64,000 bases of DNA from Octopus sinensis (GCF_006345805.1 NC_043012.1:49414001-49478000), one strand, 5' to 3'. Numbered from the stretch's first letter, positions 26,901 through 41,893 are shown. Made by a program: numbers and translations. The notes: generated by a model from the letters alone, not told the origin.

Positions 26901-28650
26901 ACAGGGAATTTTTCTTTATATTGTCATTCTAAAATATGTTCGCACCGATAGAAACATAGTAACAGAATGCATCTCATCTGCTGTCATTAAGTTTGCTATC
27001 TTCATTAGAGGGAAAACCATTCAATTCAGTTAATGGTGTGACTGTAATATCTCAGTAGACAAGCACAGTTGTTTTTTCCTTCTCGAGCCATGCGTGGCTC
27101 ATAAGGGCCGGTTTCCCGGTTTCTTGTCGTATAAGTTCCCCACCTGGATGGGATGCCAGTCCGTCACAGGTGTGCTGCAAGATGCAGGAGGAAAGAGTGA
27201 GAGAAAGTTGTGGCGAAAGAGTCAGCAAAAGGTTCGCCATTACCTTCTGCCGGAGCCGCGTGGTGTTTCGCTCATAAACACACACGCAGCCCAGTCTGAA
27301 ATTTGAACCCGCAATTCCTCGACCGCGAGTCCGCTGCTCTAACCACTAGGCCATGTGCCTCCACAGACAGGCACAGTCAGTTTCTTTGAGTGCAGACTGT
27401 GGTCAGGTTTTTGTGAAAGACTAGCAAACAAGTCTGACCTCTTCACGCAATTGATACTACCCAGGGTAAATGTTCTACTTTATTGCTCCTACAACTTAGC
27501 ACCACTGTCGCAGTAGACATTACTGACATAACGTTAAGCGCCATCACAATGCAACTTGTCCAATACTTTGATAGTTTCATTAATCCACATTTCTGGATTG
27601 CTACATTTTTAAATATTGAATGTATGAAAGACGAGTTGTTCTCGGTGACATTTGAACATTGTTCATAGAGAGCTGGAACTAATACCGGGCTGTATTTTAT
27701 CAAACTCTCATTATAGATAGAAAAGCTGGTTATAGTATTAAAACTGTTATTAATTTTAGGCATGAGCTACCTATGTGTCATAGTTTCATTCTTGAAGTAT
27801 TGATCAGAGCGTTAAGAAATCTTTTGAAATATGGAGATCTCCGTGTTGAACACGTTTCTTTTGGAAGAGAAGTTTTGGATTTTGGTGGTTAGAAAAATCT
27901 TTGCAGTAAATCAAACGTAGCAGTAGAACAAAGATTATCAAAGGCAATTTTAATAAATCAGCTTAATGGAGATATTAAAAAAAAACAAAACAACGGAAAA
28001 CATTTGACCTGAAAATTATGGCCTGAATAATTCAGAGGAGCAAAATCAGCAATTAGGAAATCAAGAACTCCGAGGAGAAAGTGGCGCGAGACCTGGAGAA
28101 AGGAATAAAGAAATTTAATTCCTAGAAGCATGCTACATTGTTGCTGAGCTATCGGACCTCATCTCCTCAGTTTTTAATATAGATTTCATACAGAAATGCT
28201 TTTGTGTAGACTGGAAATAATTTTAGTTTCAAATTTTGTTCATGGGGAGATATCGAACCAATTTCTAGGAGGTAGAACAATATTGTTTCGGTATGATAAA
28301 CTTTCAGATCAAGCTGACCCTTTCCGATTTGCAACAGAATATTTAAATACCCTAAATGTATCAGCTTCCTATTATACAGATGTAAATTAAAGAATAATGC
28401 ATTAATAATCCAACTACGGACAATTGACCAAGTAAATGAGATGTATACCGGTGTCCGTATATCTATTCAAGACACTGAAACAGAAATCATTAAAACCGAA
28501 ATTATAACTTAGGGTCATCATCATTAGTAAATGTATTTATTCAGCGAGGCATTGTTTTTCTGGAGGTGACAGCTTCCTATTCACATTAATAAGAAATGTT
28601 TCCACTTAAATTAGCAATGGAAATTACAAATATATGATGAGGACAAATTG
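24000..28650 (+). mobile_element. Heavily decayed, near full-length Helitron Rep-Hel region (interrupted by a SINE at 27070-27364)
   Basis: Motifs in the expected order: CC..LPSIPDPP..CNSALAFTT..SQIYIYD (24304-24750); CMLGGK..FRETTV (~25770); LH.*HPPV (~26100); HELPMCHSFILEVLIRALRNLL..FGG (~27760-27880); FATEYLNTLN..; FPLKLA (~28600). Confidence 0.75.
27070..27364 (-). mobile_element. SINE family C with 13-bp TSD (1 mismatch)
   Basis: Reverse-complement homolog of 15356-15669; AGACAAGCACAGT / AGACAGGCACAGT flanks. Confidence 0.9.
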
Positions 28651-28837
28651 AAAATTGAATTAGATTAACAATTGTCTCATATATTAAAATATATGACTTC
28701 CCTGGAGTGTCGGAAGGGAGCAAGATTATATATATTCTTATTAGTGCAACATATAAAAACATTATTCACGAAACAACTTAAATAAAGGGATAGTTTAGAT
28801 GTATATTTATAGTTTTTAATATCTTTAGAGGTGAAAT

Positions 28838-29250
28838 TGTAGCGGGCTGGCAGGTTCGTTACCGCGCCGAGCAAAGGGCTTGGCGGTTTCTCATCTGTCT
28901 TTTACCTTCTGCGTTCAAATTTCGCGGAAGTGGACTTTACCGTACATCATTTAGAAGTCGATAAAATAAATACAGGTGAACACTGGAGACAATGTAATCG
29001 ACTTACTTCCTTCACCGAAATTGCTGGCCTTGTGTCATCATTTGTAGCTAGCAGAATCATTACAGTGCCGGGCATAACGCCTAGCAGTATTTCGTCTGTC
29101 TTTATGTTCTGAGTTCAAATTCCGCCGAGATGAACTTTGCCTTTCATTCTTTCAGGGTCAATAAAATAAACAGTAGTCTCGTGCTAGTGTCGATGTAATC
29201 GTCTCACCTCTTCCCTCAAAATCTCTGGCCTTGTGTCAAAATTTGAAACC
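28838..29250 (+). mobile_element. Two adjacent SINE family D copies
   Basis: GCGGGCTGGCAGGTTCGTTACC..GCGTTCAAATTTC; a second TTCTGAGTTCAAATTCCGCCGAG at ~29107. Confidence 0.75.
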
Positions 29251-30129
29251 GACATTCTTAGATGTAGGAGATTATCAAATAATTTTGTATAAATACTAAA
29301 TGAATTATTTTAAAAGTAAGATAGAACTTTTACGATAACACGATAGATCTAGCGCACATGCGTATACACGTATGTGTGTGCATGTGTGTGTGAATGTGTG
29401 TGAGTGTGTGTGTGTATGTGTGTGCATGGCTTTATTATTCTCATTTTATCCATTATGCTTCGATCAGTCCATCAATCCATCAATCGATCCACTTATCCAT
29501 CTGTATATTCCTCTCTTTTACTCTCTCATTTTAAACACTATTTTCCCATATTATTTCTTTTCTCTTCGATTCTCGTTTGCCAATTCTAGTCGCATATCAT
29601 ACACATGCACACAAACACGTACGCACTCTCAAACAATCACACACACACACACACACACACACACACCACACACACACACACATATACGCGCATGCATACA
29701 AAACCCACGCATGAATATTTACGACTATTCAAACATAGATATACACACGTACATAGCCGCATACATGATTCCTACTGTCACACCACGCATACATGCATAC
29801 ACATATACCGCTAACACAACAACATATTTTAAACATATGCTCCCGGCTTTAGTATCACACTTGTTTCCATAATAAACGCTAGTGTTCGTTTTATTCATAA
29901 CCCTATTCAAGAATACTCTTTATTCGCTCCCAAATCTCTCACGGCAACACACATGCCATTAAACATATACTTCACTGAAGGCTTTCTATTTTTTCCAGCT
30001 TCCATTTATAAAACTCTCAATGAAATTAACTCCTCCATTCTTGTCACCGCCGTACATCTACCACTTCCATTAGATTCCGTTATTTAGCCGCCATCTTCGT
30101 TACCGTTATCACCTTTTCTACTCATTGTT

Positions 30130-30361
30130 GTTGCTGTTGCTACCACTGTTTTTGTTTTGTTGTAGTTGTTGTTGTTGCTGCTACTGCTGCTGCTGCTCTT
30201 GCAGGTTTTGTTTTTGTTGTTGCACGTCTCTTCGTTGGTGATGACAGCGAAGAAGTTATGTTATCGCAACCATGGTCATCGTTGTTGCTGCTATTATTGT
30301 TGGTAGTTTGGAGGGCAAAGCCAGCGTTGGTGATTTTATTGTACTAGTTGTTGCTGTTGCT

Positions 30362-30393
<32 letters not shown>

Positions 30394-30660
30394 AGTGGTG
30401 GTGGTGATGATGCTGGTTGTGATAATATTAATTTCTGTTGTTAATGTTGTTTTCAGAATCGTGCTAGTTTTGTTGAAGATGCTGTTATTGTTGTTGCCGC
30501 TGCTGATAATTTTATGGTTGTTTTTATTAATACAAATGGTTTTGTTGTTGTTATTGTCGTCACCTTTATAGCACTCACCGTTGTTTTTGTTATTGTTGTT
30601 GTCAGTGATGATGGTGGTGGTGGTGGCTTTTGTTGTTATTTTGTTGTTTTGTGGCCTTAT
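30130..30660. repeat. Cryptic (GTT/GCT/GGT)n low-complexity tract
   Basis: Degenerate trinucleotide runs. Confidence 0.85.
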
Positions 30661-30699
30661 TATTAGTTTTGTTCTCTTCAAGCCTTTCTTTTAGGATCC

Positions 30700-31400
30700 C
30701 AAGACTATCATCTTCCCGCTATCTCTTTCCACTCATGTTTATTCTTCGATCCGTACTTGTAAATCTTCTCTGGGTCATTTCCAATACTTGCTCGATCTTT
30801 TACAGCCCTTCAAAATGGACGAGATGCTTAGAATATTGTTTCACATCGCCTCTGTGCAAACATTCAAAAACAAAAAGTTCATTTGCCTGAAGAAATAATT
30901 CAAGCAGATGGAAGAAAAGCTCAACTATGGAAGACCACAATGATATTAATATTGAAGAAACTCGGTAGTTCGTCGCTGCAAAATGCACAAGCGTTCAAAT
31001 CACCTTCAACAGATTAACATGTGTCGAATTTCCACAAAACTGACATAGCGCCCAATTTAAGGAGGCCTGTTTGTACTTGGCTATCGTTTTTAACAATGAA
31101 CTCTTCAGGATGTCAAACACATCCTGCGTTTCCCGTTTTAATACATACTCTCTTATATAAATGCTCTAGAGTTACTCTTCTGAGACATAGAGAGAAAGTT
31201 GGTGACTGTGACTTAACTCACCAGGAGTTGGTTGAGCTCGGTCTGCCTGAATTAGGAACTTTACCCAATGGAGTGCCACTCTCAAAAGTTGAGAGCCTTT
31301 GTTCATTTGACTTTGCCTCAGCTTAATTCCAGCTCAGTCAGGATTCCTGTTGTCGCATTTCAACTCACAGGCTCGTCCTTTTCAGTCGATGATTGCACCT
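30700..31400 (-). mobile_element. Possible very old CR1/L2-type LINE RT remnant
   Basis: Minus-strand EQVLEMTQRRFT and SGTPLGKV resemble LERVQRRFT and SGVPQGSV. Confidence 0.3.
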
Positions 31401-32423
31401 CATTCTGGATACGCAGTTTCTTGCCCTTTCCTTACACCTTATCCTAGTGAGATATTTGAGGGCTACCCAGGTCAGTCCTTCCTCAAGGTATAATACCCAC
31501 GGTGTCTCTGTATCTTAGCGGAGACTCTGCAGATTTGACAGCCTCTAGTGCACCTCATTTCTGTCTTGTTCTGACCTCAATATCAGCCTAAAAAATCTAT
31601 AGGTTCGTAGGAGTCTCAGTATTGCAGCACCTTCCTAGTAGAGATCATCACGAATTCTTCTGCCAGGAAGATTCAACTAATTTCAGTTTCTAATTAATGG
31701 AACGTATTTATATGCTGCTAACCAAAACCGAAATTAAAACTACTTCTAACACTGATTTGGTTTACTACATGATACTTACTAGATTCCACCTCCTACGAAT
31801 AAAAATCATCGACTTGTCATGCCTCTCTAGAATCCTCCTGTCCCTCATGACTGATGAAGTAATCACAGTTACATCAATAAAGGGTCAAAAAGGGGCTCCC
31901 GAAATCAAAACACAGAGAGCGACTCTGCATATCATTGCACTACACTTCCGCCGAACTCAGCAACATGTCCAGTGCAAGCGCGAAAAGGCTCGTGTACATC
32001 ACATAAACACTCCAACACTTTGTGATAGATTGGAAAGGAAAATTGCTGAATCCAGTTCGATGAATTGTATCTGCAATCCAACAGACCAAGATTGTAAGGG
32101 ACTGCATCACACTGATTATTCAGTAGAAAACACATCACGTTCGCTATAAACAATACACGCATATTCATACAAACATACACGATTGGGAGTGTTTGTGTGT
32201 GTGTGTGTGTGTGTGTATGTGTGTGTGTGCGCGCGCGCGTGTGTGTACGTATGTGTGTATGTGACAGAGTGAAGGTAATTATACACATAGATACAATCAA
32301 ACACACACACACGTACACACATATCTATTTATGTATCTACATTTGCACACGTATCTATTTACGTATCTATGTATCTGTCTATATGCCTTTGTACATACAT
32401 ACATACATACATACATACATACA

Positions 32424-32532
<109 letters not shown>

Positions 32533-33042
32533 CACACACACGTATACACACCAACATACACATACATAGTTATAATCACACATACGAATAAATATATACA
32601 TATATAAATATATATACTGCTATATGCTTTTACGTATACATAAAACCGTGTGGAGGTCACATGAGTGTGTGTGTATGTGTGTGCATGTTTATGTTGATTT
32701 AAGTCTATGTATAGACATGTAAATAAAGACAGTGACAGTGGGAAAGAGGCGACAAGAGAAGAGGAATGTGTGTGGTGTTAACGGTGAGGCAGTAATTAGA
32801 ATCTCTTATACGACATGAAAAAGGAATCGGTGCTTTGATGTTACGCATGCATTATAGCTAAGACGTTTGCATTCACACGCATCCAGTTATGAATTCGCTA
32901 ATATAAGTATATATGTGTATGCGTGCATGCATGTCTAGTGTGTGTTTTTGTGTTTAGAAACGTACACGCATATATGTTCTTCGTTAACACTATGAGAATC
33001 GATATGGGGTGGGTGGGTGGGTGGGGGGAAGAATTTGAAACT

Positions 33043-33089
33043 CTGAGTAATGACTGACGTACGAAATGTCTACGTCAGTCATTAGTCAG
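33043..33089. repeat. Isolated 19-bp inverted repeat with 9-nt loop
   Basis: CTGAGTAATGACTGACGTA-CGAAATGTC-TACGTCAGTCATTAGTCAG, 18/19 paired. Confidence 0.9.
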
Positions 33090-33302
33090 GGATTAATATA
33101 CTATTCTAACCTAAAAAATCAGTGTTGAGTCTTCTTTTCATACGCTTAGTTGGTGTTCACATTACAATGTAAGCACAACCTCACACATAGACATAAACGT
33201 TCACGCATATAAACATACACACACACATATATATATACACACATACATACATATATATATATATATATACATTCATACAAACGTACACATCCACACACAC
33301 AT

Positions 33303-33458
33303 ATGTTGCTGTGTGGTAAGAAGCATGCTTCCCAAGCACATGGTTCCGGGTTCAGTCCCATTGCGTGGCACTGTAAGCAGTTGTTTCCTACTATAGACTC
33401 GGGCCGACCAAAGCCTTGTGAATGGAATTGGTAGACAGAAACTGAAAGAAGACTGTCA

Positions 33459-33535
<77 letters not shown>

Positions 33536-33750
33536 ATATATATATATATAATATATATATATATCCTTAAATCCTTAAAAATGTTTTAGCCCGAAGGCCA
33601 CGGCCATTCTGGGGCACCACCATCTGTGTGCGTCTTTGTGTCGGTGTTTGTTCCCTCATAACCACTTGAAAACCGGTGTTCGTTTGTTTACGTCCCCGTA
33701 CTTTAGCGGTTAAAGATGAAATAAATACAAGAGCCGATTTGTTCGACTAA
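33303..33750 (+). mobile_element. SINE family A
   Basis: GCTGTGTGGTAAGAAGC..GGTTCAGTCCCA head; internal (CT)n(AT)n. Confidence 0.85.
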
Positions 33751-33759
33751 AATCCTCTA

Positions 33760-33838
33760 TACAATATCATTATTATTATTATTGTTGTTATTGTTATTGT
33801 TATTATTATTATTGTTAATAATAATAATAATAATAATA

Positions 33839-33880
<42 letters not shown>

Positions 33881-34136
33881 TGGTGATGATGATGATCATG
33901 ATGATGATGATGATCATGATGATGATGATGATGATAATAATAATAAAAAAATCCATCCATGAATTTAGTTATTTGTTAATTTTTAAATACATATTTTACC
34001 TGCGAATTTGCGTTGTAATCTGGGAATGCATGCAATGAGCTTCTCTGCCCTAGGTGTACGGAAAACACCCGGCGAGAATCGGAAGAAAATTTGAAGAAAG
34101 AAGGAAAAAATTGTAATGATAATAATAATAACAATG

Positions 34137-34187
<51 letters not shown>

Positions 34188-34190
34188 TTA
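33760..34190. repeat. (ATT)n/(AAT)n/(GAT)n compound microsatellites
   Basis: Directly visible. Confidence 0.9.
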
Positions 34191-34686
34191 ACAATATATG
34201 TATGTATATATATATATACATACGCTCGAAACGTTAAACCCTTCTTCTTCCCTTCTTTCCTGAGCGTCCAAAAATACTTTATTTGTTCCACGTCCTCGCG
34301 TTGCTGTGTTTTTTTTTGTGTTTTTTTGTTTGGATTAACTATATACTTATATATATATATATAGATATATATATAGATACATACATACATATATACTCTT
34401 TCATCTTCCCTTGGTGTACATCTTAAGGCACCCTAAGGCTGTTGTAATATCGTTGTATTACGATGGCATAAGTTTGCGTATACTTTTCATACTGACTTAC
34501 TTGAGGACACTGTTCTATACTTAGACTCGTATACATATATTCTTACATATATATCCTACACATGTGGGTAAGTATTTGTATGTGTATAGATATTCACATA
34601 TAAATGGAAACTCTGAATAACCCATTCGAGTAAAATTTCTATTTAGTGCCTCCGTCCGCTTCATTTTTCTGCTCTTTCATTTAACA

Positions 34687-34961
34687 CAGTGTTTTTCAAC
34701 CATCTTTTTCATATAGACCTCTTCGATTCCAATTTTATATGATTTAACTCTCCTAGTAATTCAGTGTTTAAAAAAAAAATCATATATTTATTGCAAAATA
34801 TTATTAGAAATTGCATTAAAAGAATTTCTTAAAATATTTTACGCATTATAGTAGCATAATCAATTTATTGCTGATAAATGTTTGACGATAAAATCTTATA
34901 TGGACCTCCAAGTGACATATGGAACTCCAAGGGCCATATGGACTCCGGTTAAGAACCACTG
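34687..34961. mobile_element. hAT (Charlie-like) MITE
   Basis: TIRs CAGTGTTTTTCAACC / GGTTAAGAACCACTG; 8-bp flanks ATTTAACA / GTTTAATA (6/8). Confidence 0.75.
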
Positions 34962-35635
34962 GTTTAATACGTCGACAATTTGAGGAGGAAAGAGAAATTG
35001 GGTACATACTATATTGCAATTATGATAATAATATAAATTTAACGAAAACTGAAAGCAATGCGTCTTGTTCCGTTTCTAATTGCTGCTCTCCAGATAACTG
35101 TGCAAAATTAAATATGAAATTTCGTGTATATTATGCGTAGACGAAATATTTTAAAGTATTATAAGGGACGCTTTTGGATAAATAATGAATACAAGAAATA
35201 ATGGATAATAATTTTCTTGTTACATGAAAAACAAGAAGTTGAAGGTAACAGAGTACAAACTGTAAAAATATATGTATATAAGAAAAAAATAAACATTGGT
35301 ACAAAAAGTGTTAAGCATATGAGAAAAAAGTTACGTTATTCTGTACATGTTATAACGTTGACATTTTTGTGGGAAAGTGAAATGAAACGCGCTAATTGGG
35401 AGTCTTTCAAAATATTTCTTATGCAAACTCATGGAGTGCATACCACCAACTGGAATCAACCACAAGAGGTCTCATAAATTGGAAACGAACCTTTTGAGGC
35501 GTTTCCACAGTGACCTAATATCTCTGATCATTCGTTTATTTTGTGAGTGTTTTGAAGTGCTATAATAATTTTTTGATTATGCAATATTTGCACTAAAAAA
35601 CAACAACAAAAATTGAGGTTCTAATGACTCTTAAC

Positions 35636-36175
<540 letters not shown>

Positions 36176-37012
36176 GACCGTTGGTATTCGAATATGTGTA
36201 TATATGATCATGTACATTCAAACACGCTCACAAACACACACATGTAGATATGTTGGCTTCAGAAATATAGAAATAATTGGCGCCAGGCTTATAACGATGA
36301 TTGCGACCCATTCTTCAACCCACTTCGCATGCAATATTAACAATGTCGGAAAGGTATGAAAGCCTTTATATCTTGTTAGCCTACTCATGATAATGGCATT
36401 GGTAGCCCGTTTGCATAAGATATTTAATCACTAGTGATCAATTATCTATTCTTGCTCATATTTATGTGTGTGTCTAATATTTTGTACTAATGAGTATATG
36501 TGAAGAAGTGTGTTGAGTAAAACACGTCCACAACCTAGGCTACCTGCTGTCATCCACAGTTGGGGTATAATTCCCCTGGATCTACGGCAGAAATTATGCA
36601 GTGTCAGTTGTGATGATAATAATTAGTGAAGGAAATGGAAGATACATTTAGCACTAGTCTGTGTTCAGTAAGACAATCGTTTCGACTCGTCCTGAAACTG
36701 TCCGTTATGGGTAGAAATTTGTGCATCTAATAGGGTTGCGTCAATCTGCGCAGTTTGTGTCACATCAGGTAGACGCATAAAGAAGGAGATGTCCTGCTAC
36801 ACATACTGAGATGTTGTTCCTGTTTGCTGTATCTTGAGACACAGAATCCTACTCTTAACGGAGAGTTGCAGGATGAGTCGATGCGATCGTCGGACTGAAC
36901 AGAGGCGTTTTTCCGCTTCCTTCACCAGTTATATTTATATGTGTGTGTGTGTGTATAAATATATATGTATGGATATATTTACACAGCAACACACATATAT
37001 TCAGATATATAT

Positions 37013-37055
<43 letters not shown>

Positions 37056-37136
37056 TAGACATATTCATCTTACACAAATGTTTTAAATCATACTTTTCCA
37101 TATTTATATGTGTTTGAATATGTATGTGCATAAATG

Positions 37137-37175
<39 letters not shown>

Positions 37176-37989
37176 ATGTATACATGTATACACATATATA
37201 CATATATATAAATACACATGTTTATATATATAATATATACACACGCTCACACATAAATATGGAAACACACATACACGCACACACACACACATATATACGG
37301 CCTTACACATTTATTTATTTATATATGTGCGTGGGTGTATAAATAAACACATAGAGACAGACATAACATGTCGACTGAGACAGAACAACATCAATCGACC
37401 ATCATCTTAACAGGGTCAAACACGTACATGTGAACCTGAGAACCTCATTATAGTAATGTTCAGTGTCCATTTTTTTTATGCAGCTAGCATCAGTGCATGT
37501 CTTCATCGCTATGCAAATCGCATATACAGACTAAAAATAAATAAGTACATAAATAAATAAATAAATAAATAAATAGCACCTATATCGCGCCAGAAATATA
37601 ACATGAGTATTATAAAAGAAACGTAAAGATAGAGATATAGAGAAGAAACAGAAATATACACATACGCATCAAAGCGCGAGCACACACTTGTACTCCTTCA
37701 CACTGAGATTATACATATACACTGACACACTAAACAGAGAGACCTAGACGGAGCAAACATGCTACAGGAAATGTAAAGTGATTATGAAAATAGAAGAAGC
37801 CTGTTATAGTAATTAACAGAGAAGCTAAAGGCACGAGGCATATAAGTTCTCAGAGAATATCAGAAACATTTTTTGAGATAAAATTACATTTTCAGTAGGA
37901 AATTGAGAAGTAATTTACAATGACTTTTGGAAGACCGTTTCTCTAAACGATTGCAGCCCACCGATTCCGTGAATATTTTAATGTTTAGC

Positions 37990-38435
37990 ATGGAATATAT
38001 AAAAGAAACAGCTGTTTCATTTCACATGTATGTATGTATTTATGCAGGCAAGTATGTGTGTATGCATGTATGCATGAATGCATGCATGAACGTTCTCTTA
38101 CAACTTTTAATTATAGAGGAAATTTTGACCCTCCATCTACTTGGTAGCAAGGATGTGAAGGAAAGCATCTTGCTTTAAGTATCAACATTTAAATTTTAAG
38201 AAGGGCTTGTTGAGTTTTGTTGTAACAAATATCGTGATCATTTGTAGCATATTAATTAAGGATTTGCTTTCCCTCCCCAATATCCCAAGTTTAACCATAC
38301 TTTGCTCCGAATAGTATGGTATGTATTCTGTTTCTCCAATAATAACGGATATAAACCTGAAAGTGAATCTTAGATTTGAAAACTCCTTATCAAAGGTCCG
38401 TAGATGTCCTCTTTCTCTTGTATTTTTCTTGAAGA
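37990..38435 (-). mobile_element. Older Dong/R4-type LINE 3' end (RLE C-terminus)
   Basis: FSNLRFTFRFISVIIGETEYI..KLG..LQMITI..KPFLKF, a diverged paralog of the 38805-39092 ORF. Confidence 0.65.
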
Positions 38436-38454
38436 TAAGTATGTATGAATGTAT

Positions 38455-41400
38455 GTATGTCATTATTTAGCGTATTTCAAGATTTCTTGCTAATTGAGAA
38501 AGAATCGGTTTCTAACCTAGATTTAAGGCTCCTACATTGGAATTTCAAAATCAACATCGGGGTAGCTTTGTATGTATGTACATATGTATGTATGTATGCA
38601 TGTATGTATGCATGTAAGTATAGATGCATGTATGCATGCATGCATGCATGTGTGTATGTATGTGTGTATGTATGCATGTATGTATATCTGTATGTAGGCA
38701 TGTATATATGTATGTATGTATATATGTATGTGCAGATTTGTGTGGTTTATGTCTATATTCTCATGCATATATATCTGCATATCTAGACTTGCTCCTATAT
38801 ATATTTAAATGATAAACTTCTGGTAAGTTTTACAGATTTTTACAGTCCCAGAGATGGACTGGATCTGTAGTTTTCGAATTGGCATTCTCCTTTCTGTTCC
38901 TGAGAAGCCCAATTTCTCAAGATTGGTATTTAGGTAGTGTGTTACATATCCCTGGGTTCCAATAATTACAGTTATAAACCTGAACTTGTAATCTGGATAG
39001 AGTAATGACAGATTTCTCAATAGTTCAGCATAGGTGTTCTCGTTTTCACTGATCTTCCGTTTTATGTTAACATCCGCTGTTAACATCCCCAACTATGCAC
39101 AGTTTCTCTTCCCTATCCCAAATCATAATATCAGGTCTTTTGTGCTTACATTTTATTGAGGTCTTCACTGGTGAGTCCTAGCTACAACGTCATATCTCAT
39201 CGGTAGATAATACCATGATGACATTTTTGGACAATTGCTTATGATGTTGGTGTGAACTTCACAAAATCTATTCGGCTGTCACACTTTACGGCTTTACCTG
39301 CATCCCTATCTCTTTTGTGCATCAGGTACTTGGTTAATATTTCCCATTCCCGGATTGCAAACGCATACCCTTCAAAGTGGGAGGTAGTAATCCGGCTATT
39401 CGTCAACTACTTTGCTGGTCGATGTTACTATCATCATGGAGCTTTCTAGTAGCATATCCATGAATAGTCTTGTGGTCATATAGGCTCATCCGTTCATCTG
39501 ATGATACGTTGCGGTAGTCTTGCGGCTTCTTGGGTATGTATTCTGGTTTTTTAGACAAAGAGTGTTGCTCAAGTAGCTGCCTTCCAAGTCTTATGTTGTT
39601 ATCAGCCTCATATATGCAAACTTGGTCAAGCGATGGACTTCGACACTTGGTGGTTAAAAGATGTTGCTGAATGGATATGATGCCACGTTCAAAGGCATTT
39701 TAGATCGATGTTAATGTACTTCCGCCTTGTTCTCGTTTAAATAGAGGCGGTCTACATCACTGTTTATGTGGAAATTATGTGTGCTTGTTAGTATTTTTCA
39801 GGTTTTCGCATCAATGGCTCAGATCTCATCAAACGTCCAATCAAGCAGCCGAAATGTTGGTATGAGTACTTCAGACACATTGTGGGCCTCTGTTTTATGG
39901 AATGCAGAGAGTTCTGTGGTCCAAACTTTCTTTATTCGGCTGTAATATTCTTTAGTGACACGTGTTTTGCTACAGGTACCACTGTAAGATATATTTTCAT
40001 CCACCCCTAGATACATGTAACATTCCTCGTCAGATACAGGGGAAAAAGTCAAATCATTAATGGAAATATTATTAGTCTGGTTTATAGTTTTCTCGCTTTT
40101 CACAACCTTAGAACAACATTTATCCTGACCAAACTCCAATCCTACATCCTTTGAGAATGTTATAACTAGGTCAAGGCTCTTTTTCATCTCATGCATATTC
40201 TTTGCATAAAGTATTAAGTCATCCACAAAGAAACAGTGTGTGATTTTGGTTTCTCTGTTTCCTTGAGAACCAGTAAGATATCCGTCAGACTTCCTTAACA
40301 AGAATGACAAAGGGTTTACAGAAACTATAAACAATATCACAGAGAGGCTGTCTCCTTGGAATATGCCTTTGCGATACTGTATTCTATCGGTGATAATACA
40401 TTCACTCTTTGTGTTTAATTTGAAGATGGTGGCCCAGAATGAACTCCGATCAGCTATGGCTTTTCTATTCTCACCGGAACTTTAGCAAGTTGAAGGGTAT
40501 CCATGAGTGGTGAACAGAGTCAAAGGCTTTCCTGTTGGCTAGCCACATTGAAATTAGTTTCCTTCTATGCTTTCGCACCTCTGACATCACAGTTTTGTTG
40601 ATTAACAATTGCTCGGCACATCCCCAGACTCCCTTCTTCCAGCTGTTTATTTTACTGTGATAATGCTATTGGTTTCACAATGGTCCTGGCGGAAGAGGTT
40701 TAAACATGCTGTATTTATTTGAAACATTAAGTTCTGACGTGCAATTGGGCGGTAGATTTTTTTTTTTTGCCATGTGTGTAGTTCTGCATTTTGGGATCAA
40801 TTTTGTCCCCGCCAGAGCTAACCAGTGTGGTATGCTGCTGTTCCCAATGAAAGCTTGCTGGTACAGATTAATAAGATATGGTCTGTGGAATGTTAACTTC
40901 TTGTACCAATATCCAACAATCAAATCTCTTCGAGGTGCTTTTCTATTCTGGAGTTTCTGGATCACAGTTGCAAGAGTTTCACCAGCAATGTTGTATGACT
41001 TGGATGTAATGCAGGAGCAATCACTTTTCAGATTTCTTCCAACCACAGAGCATCTTGGTTATATTCTGTTGGTGGGGCGTATAATGATTTGCTTGTTTGC
41101 ATGCAATAAGGATCATTCTTTTCTACTCTAGGTACAAAGCCTGAAATTTTGGGATAGGGGCCCGTCGATTAGATCGACCCCAGTACGCAACTGGTACTTA
41201 ATTTATCGACCCCGAAAGGCAAAGAAGAACTCGGCGGAATTTGAACTGAGAACGTAAAGACAGACGAAATACCTATTTCTTTACTATCCACAAGGGGCTA
41301 AACACAGAGAGGACAAACAAGGACAGACAAGCGGATTAAGTCGATTATATCGACCCCAGTGCGTAATTGGCACTTATTTTATCTACCCCGAAAGGATGAA

Positions 41401-41760
41401 AGGCAAAGTCGACCTCGGTGGAATTTGAACTCAGAACGTAGCGACAGACGAAATACCGCTAAGCAATTCGCCCGGCGTGCTAACGTTTCTGCTAGCTCGC
41501 CGCCTTGCAATAAGGATCATTACATGACTGATGGTCTTCCGTAAACCAGTTAACTTTTTCTCTGTCTTCAAAACCTATGATCGTACTTTCTTTGTTATTT
41601 TGGTTTAGTTTACCTTTTAAATATCATCCATGTACTGTTTTACAGTAGTAGACAGAGCATACAGACAGGTGTTAATCTGCCAGTATGTTGGTTAGTCATG
41701 CTGTTCTAAATACTCACCACCAATTTCGTTAACAACATTTAATACTGCATCTGATGTTTC
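38455..41760 (-). mobile_element. Dong/R4-clade non-LTR retrotransposon (RT + RLE), decayed, with (TACA)n-containing 3' UTR
   Basis: LQNRKAPRRDLIVGYWYKKL; GIFQGDSLSVILFIVSVNPLS; THCFFVDDLILYAK; YMYLGVDE; RLE C-terminus YAELLRNLSLLYPDYKFRFITVIIG. Homology continues beyond the SINE insert to ~41760. Confidence 0.9.
41118..41505 (-). mobile_element. Dimeric SINE-D composite inserted as one unit, 16-bp TSD
   Basis: TGCAATAAGGATCATT at 41102-41117 and 41506-41521; two SINE-D bodies lie between. Confidence 0.9.
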
Positions 41761-41861
41761 TTTTACTTACTTTGGCAGAGAATACTCTCTCCTCGAGAGT
41801 CCTTTAAAGCCAAATTTACTTTTTTCTTGGAAAATTTCAGTAAGGGTACATTTGACAGGCA

Positions 41862-41893
<32 letters not shown>

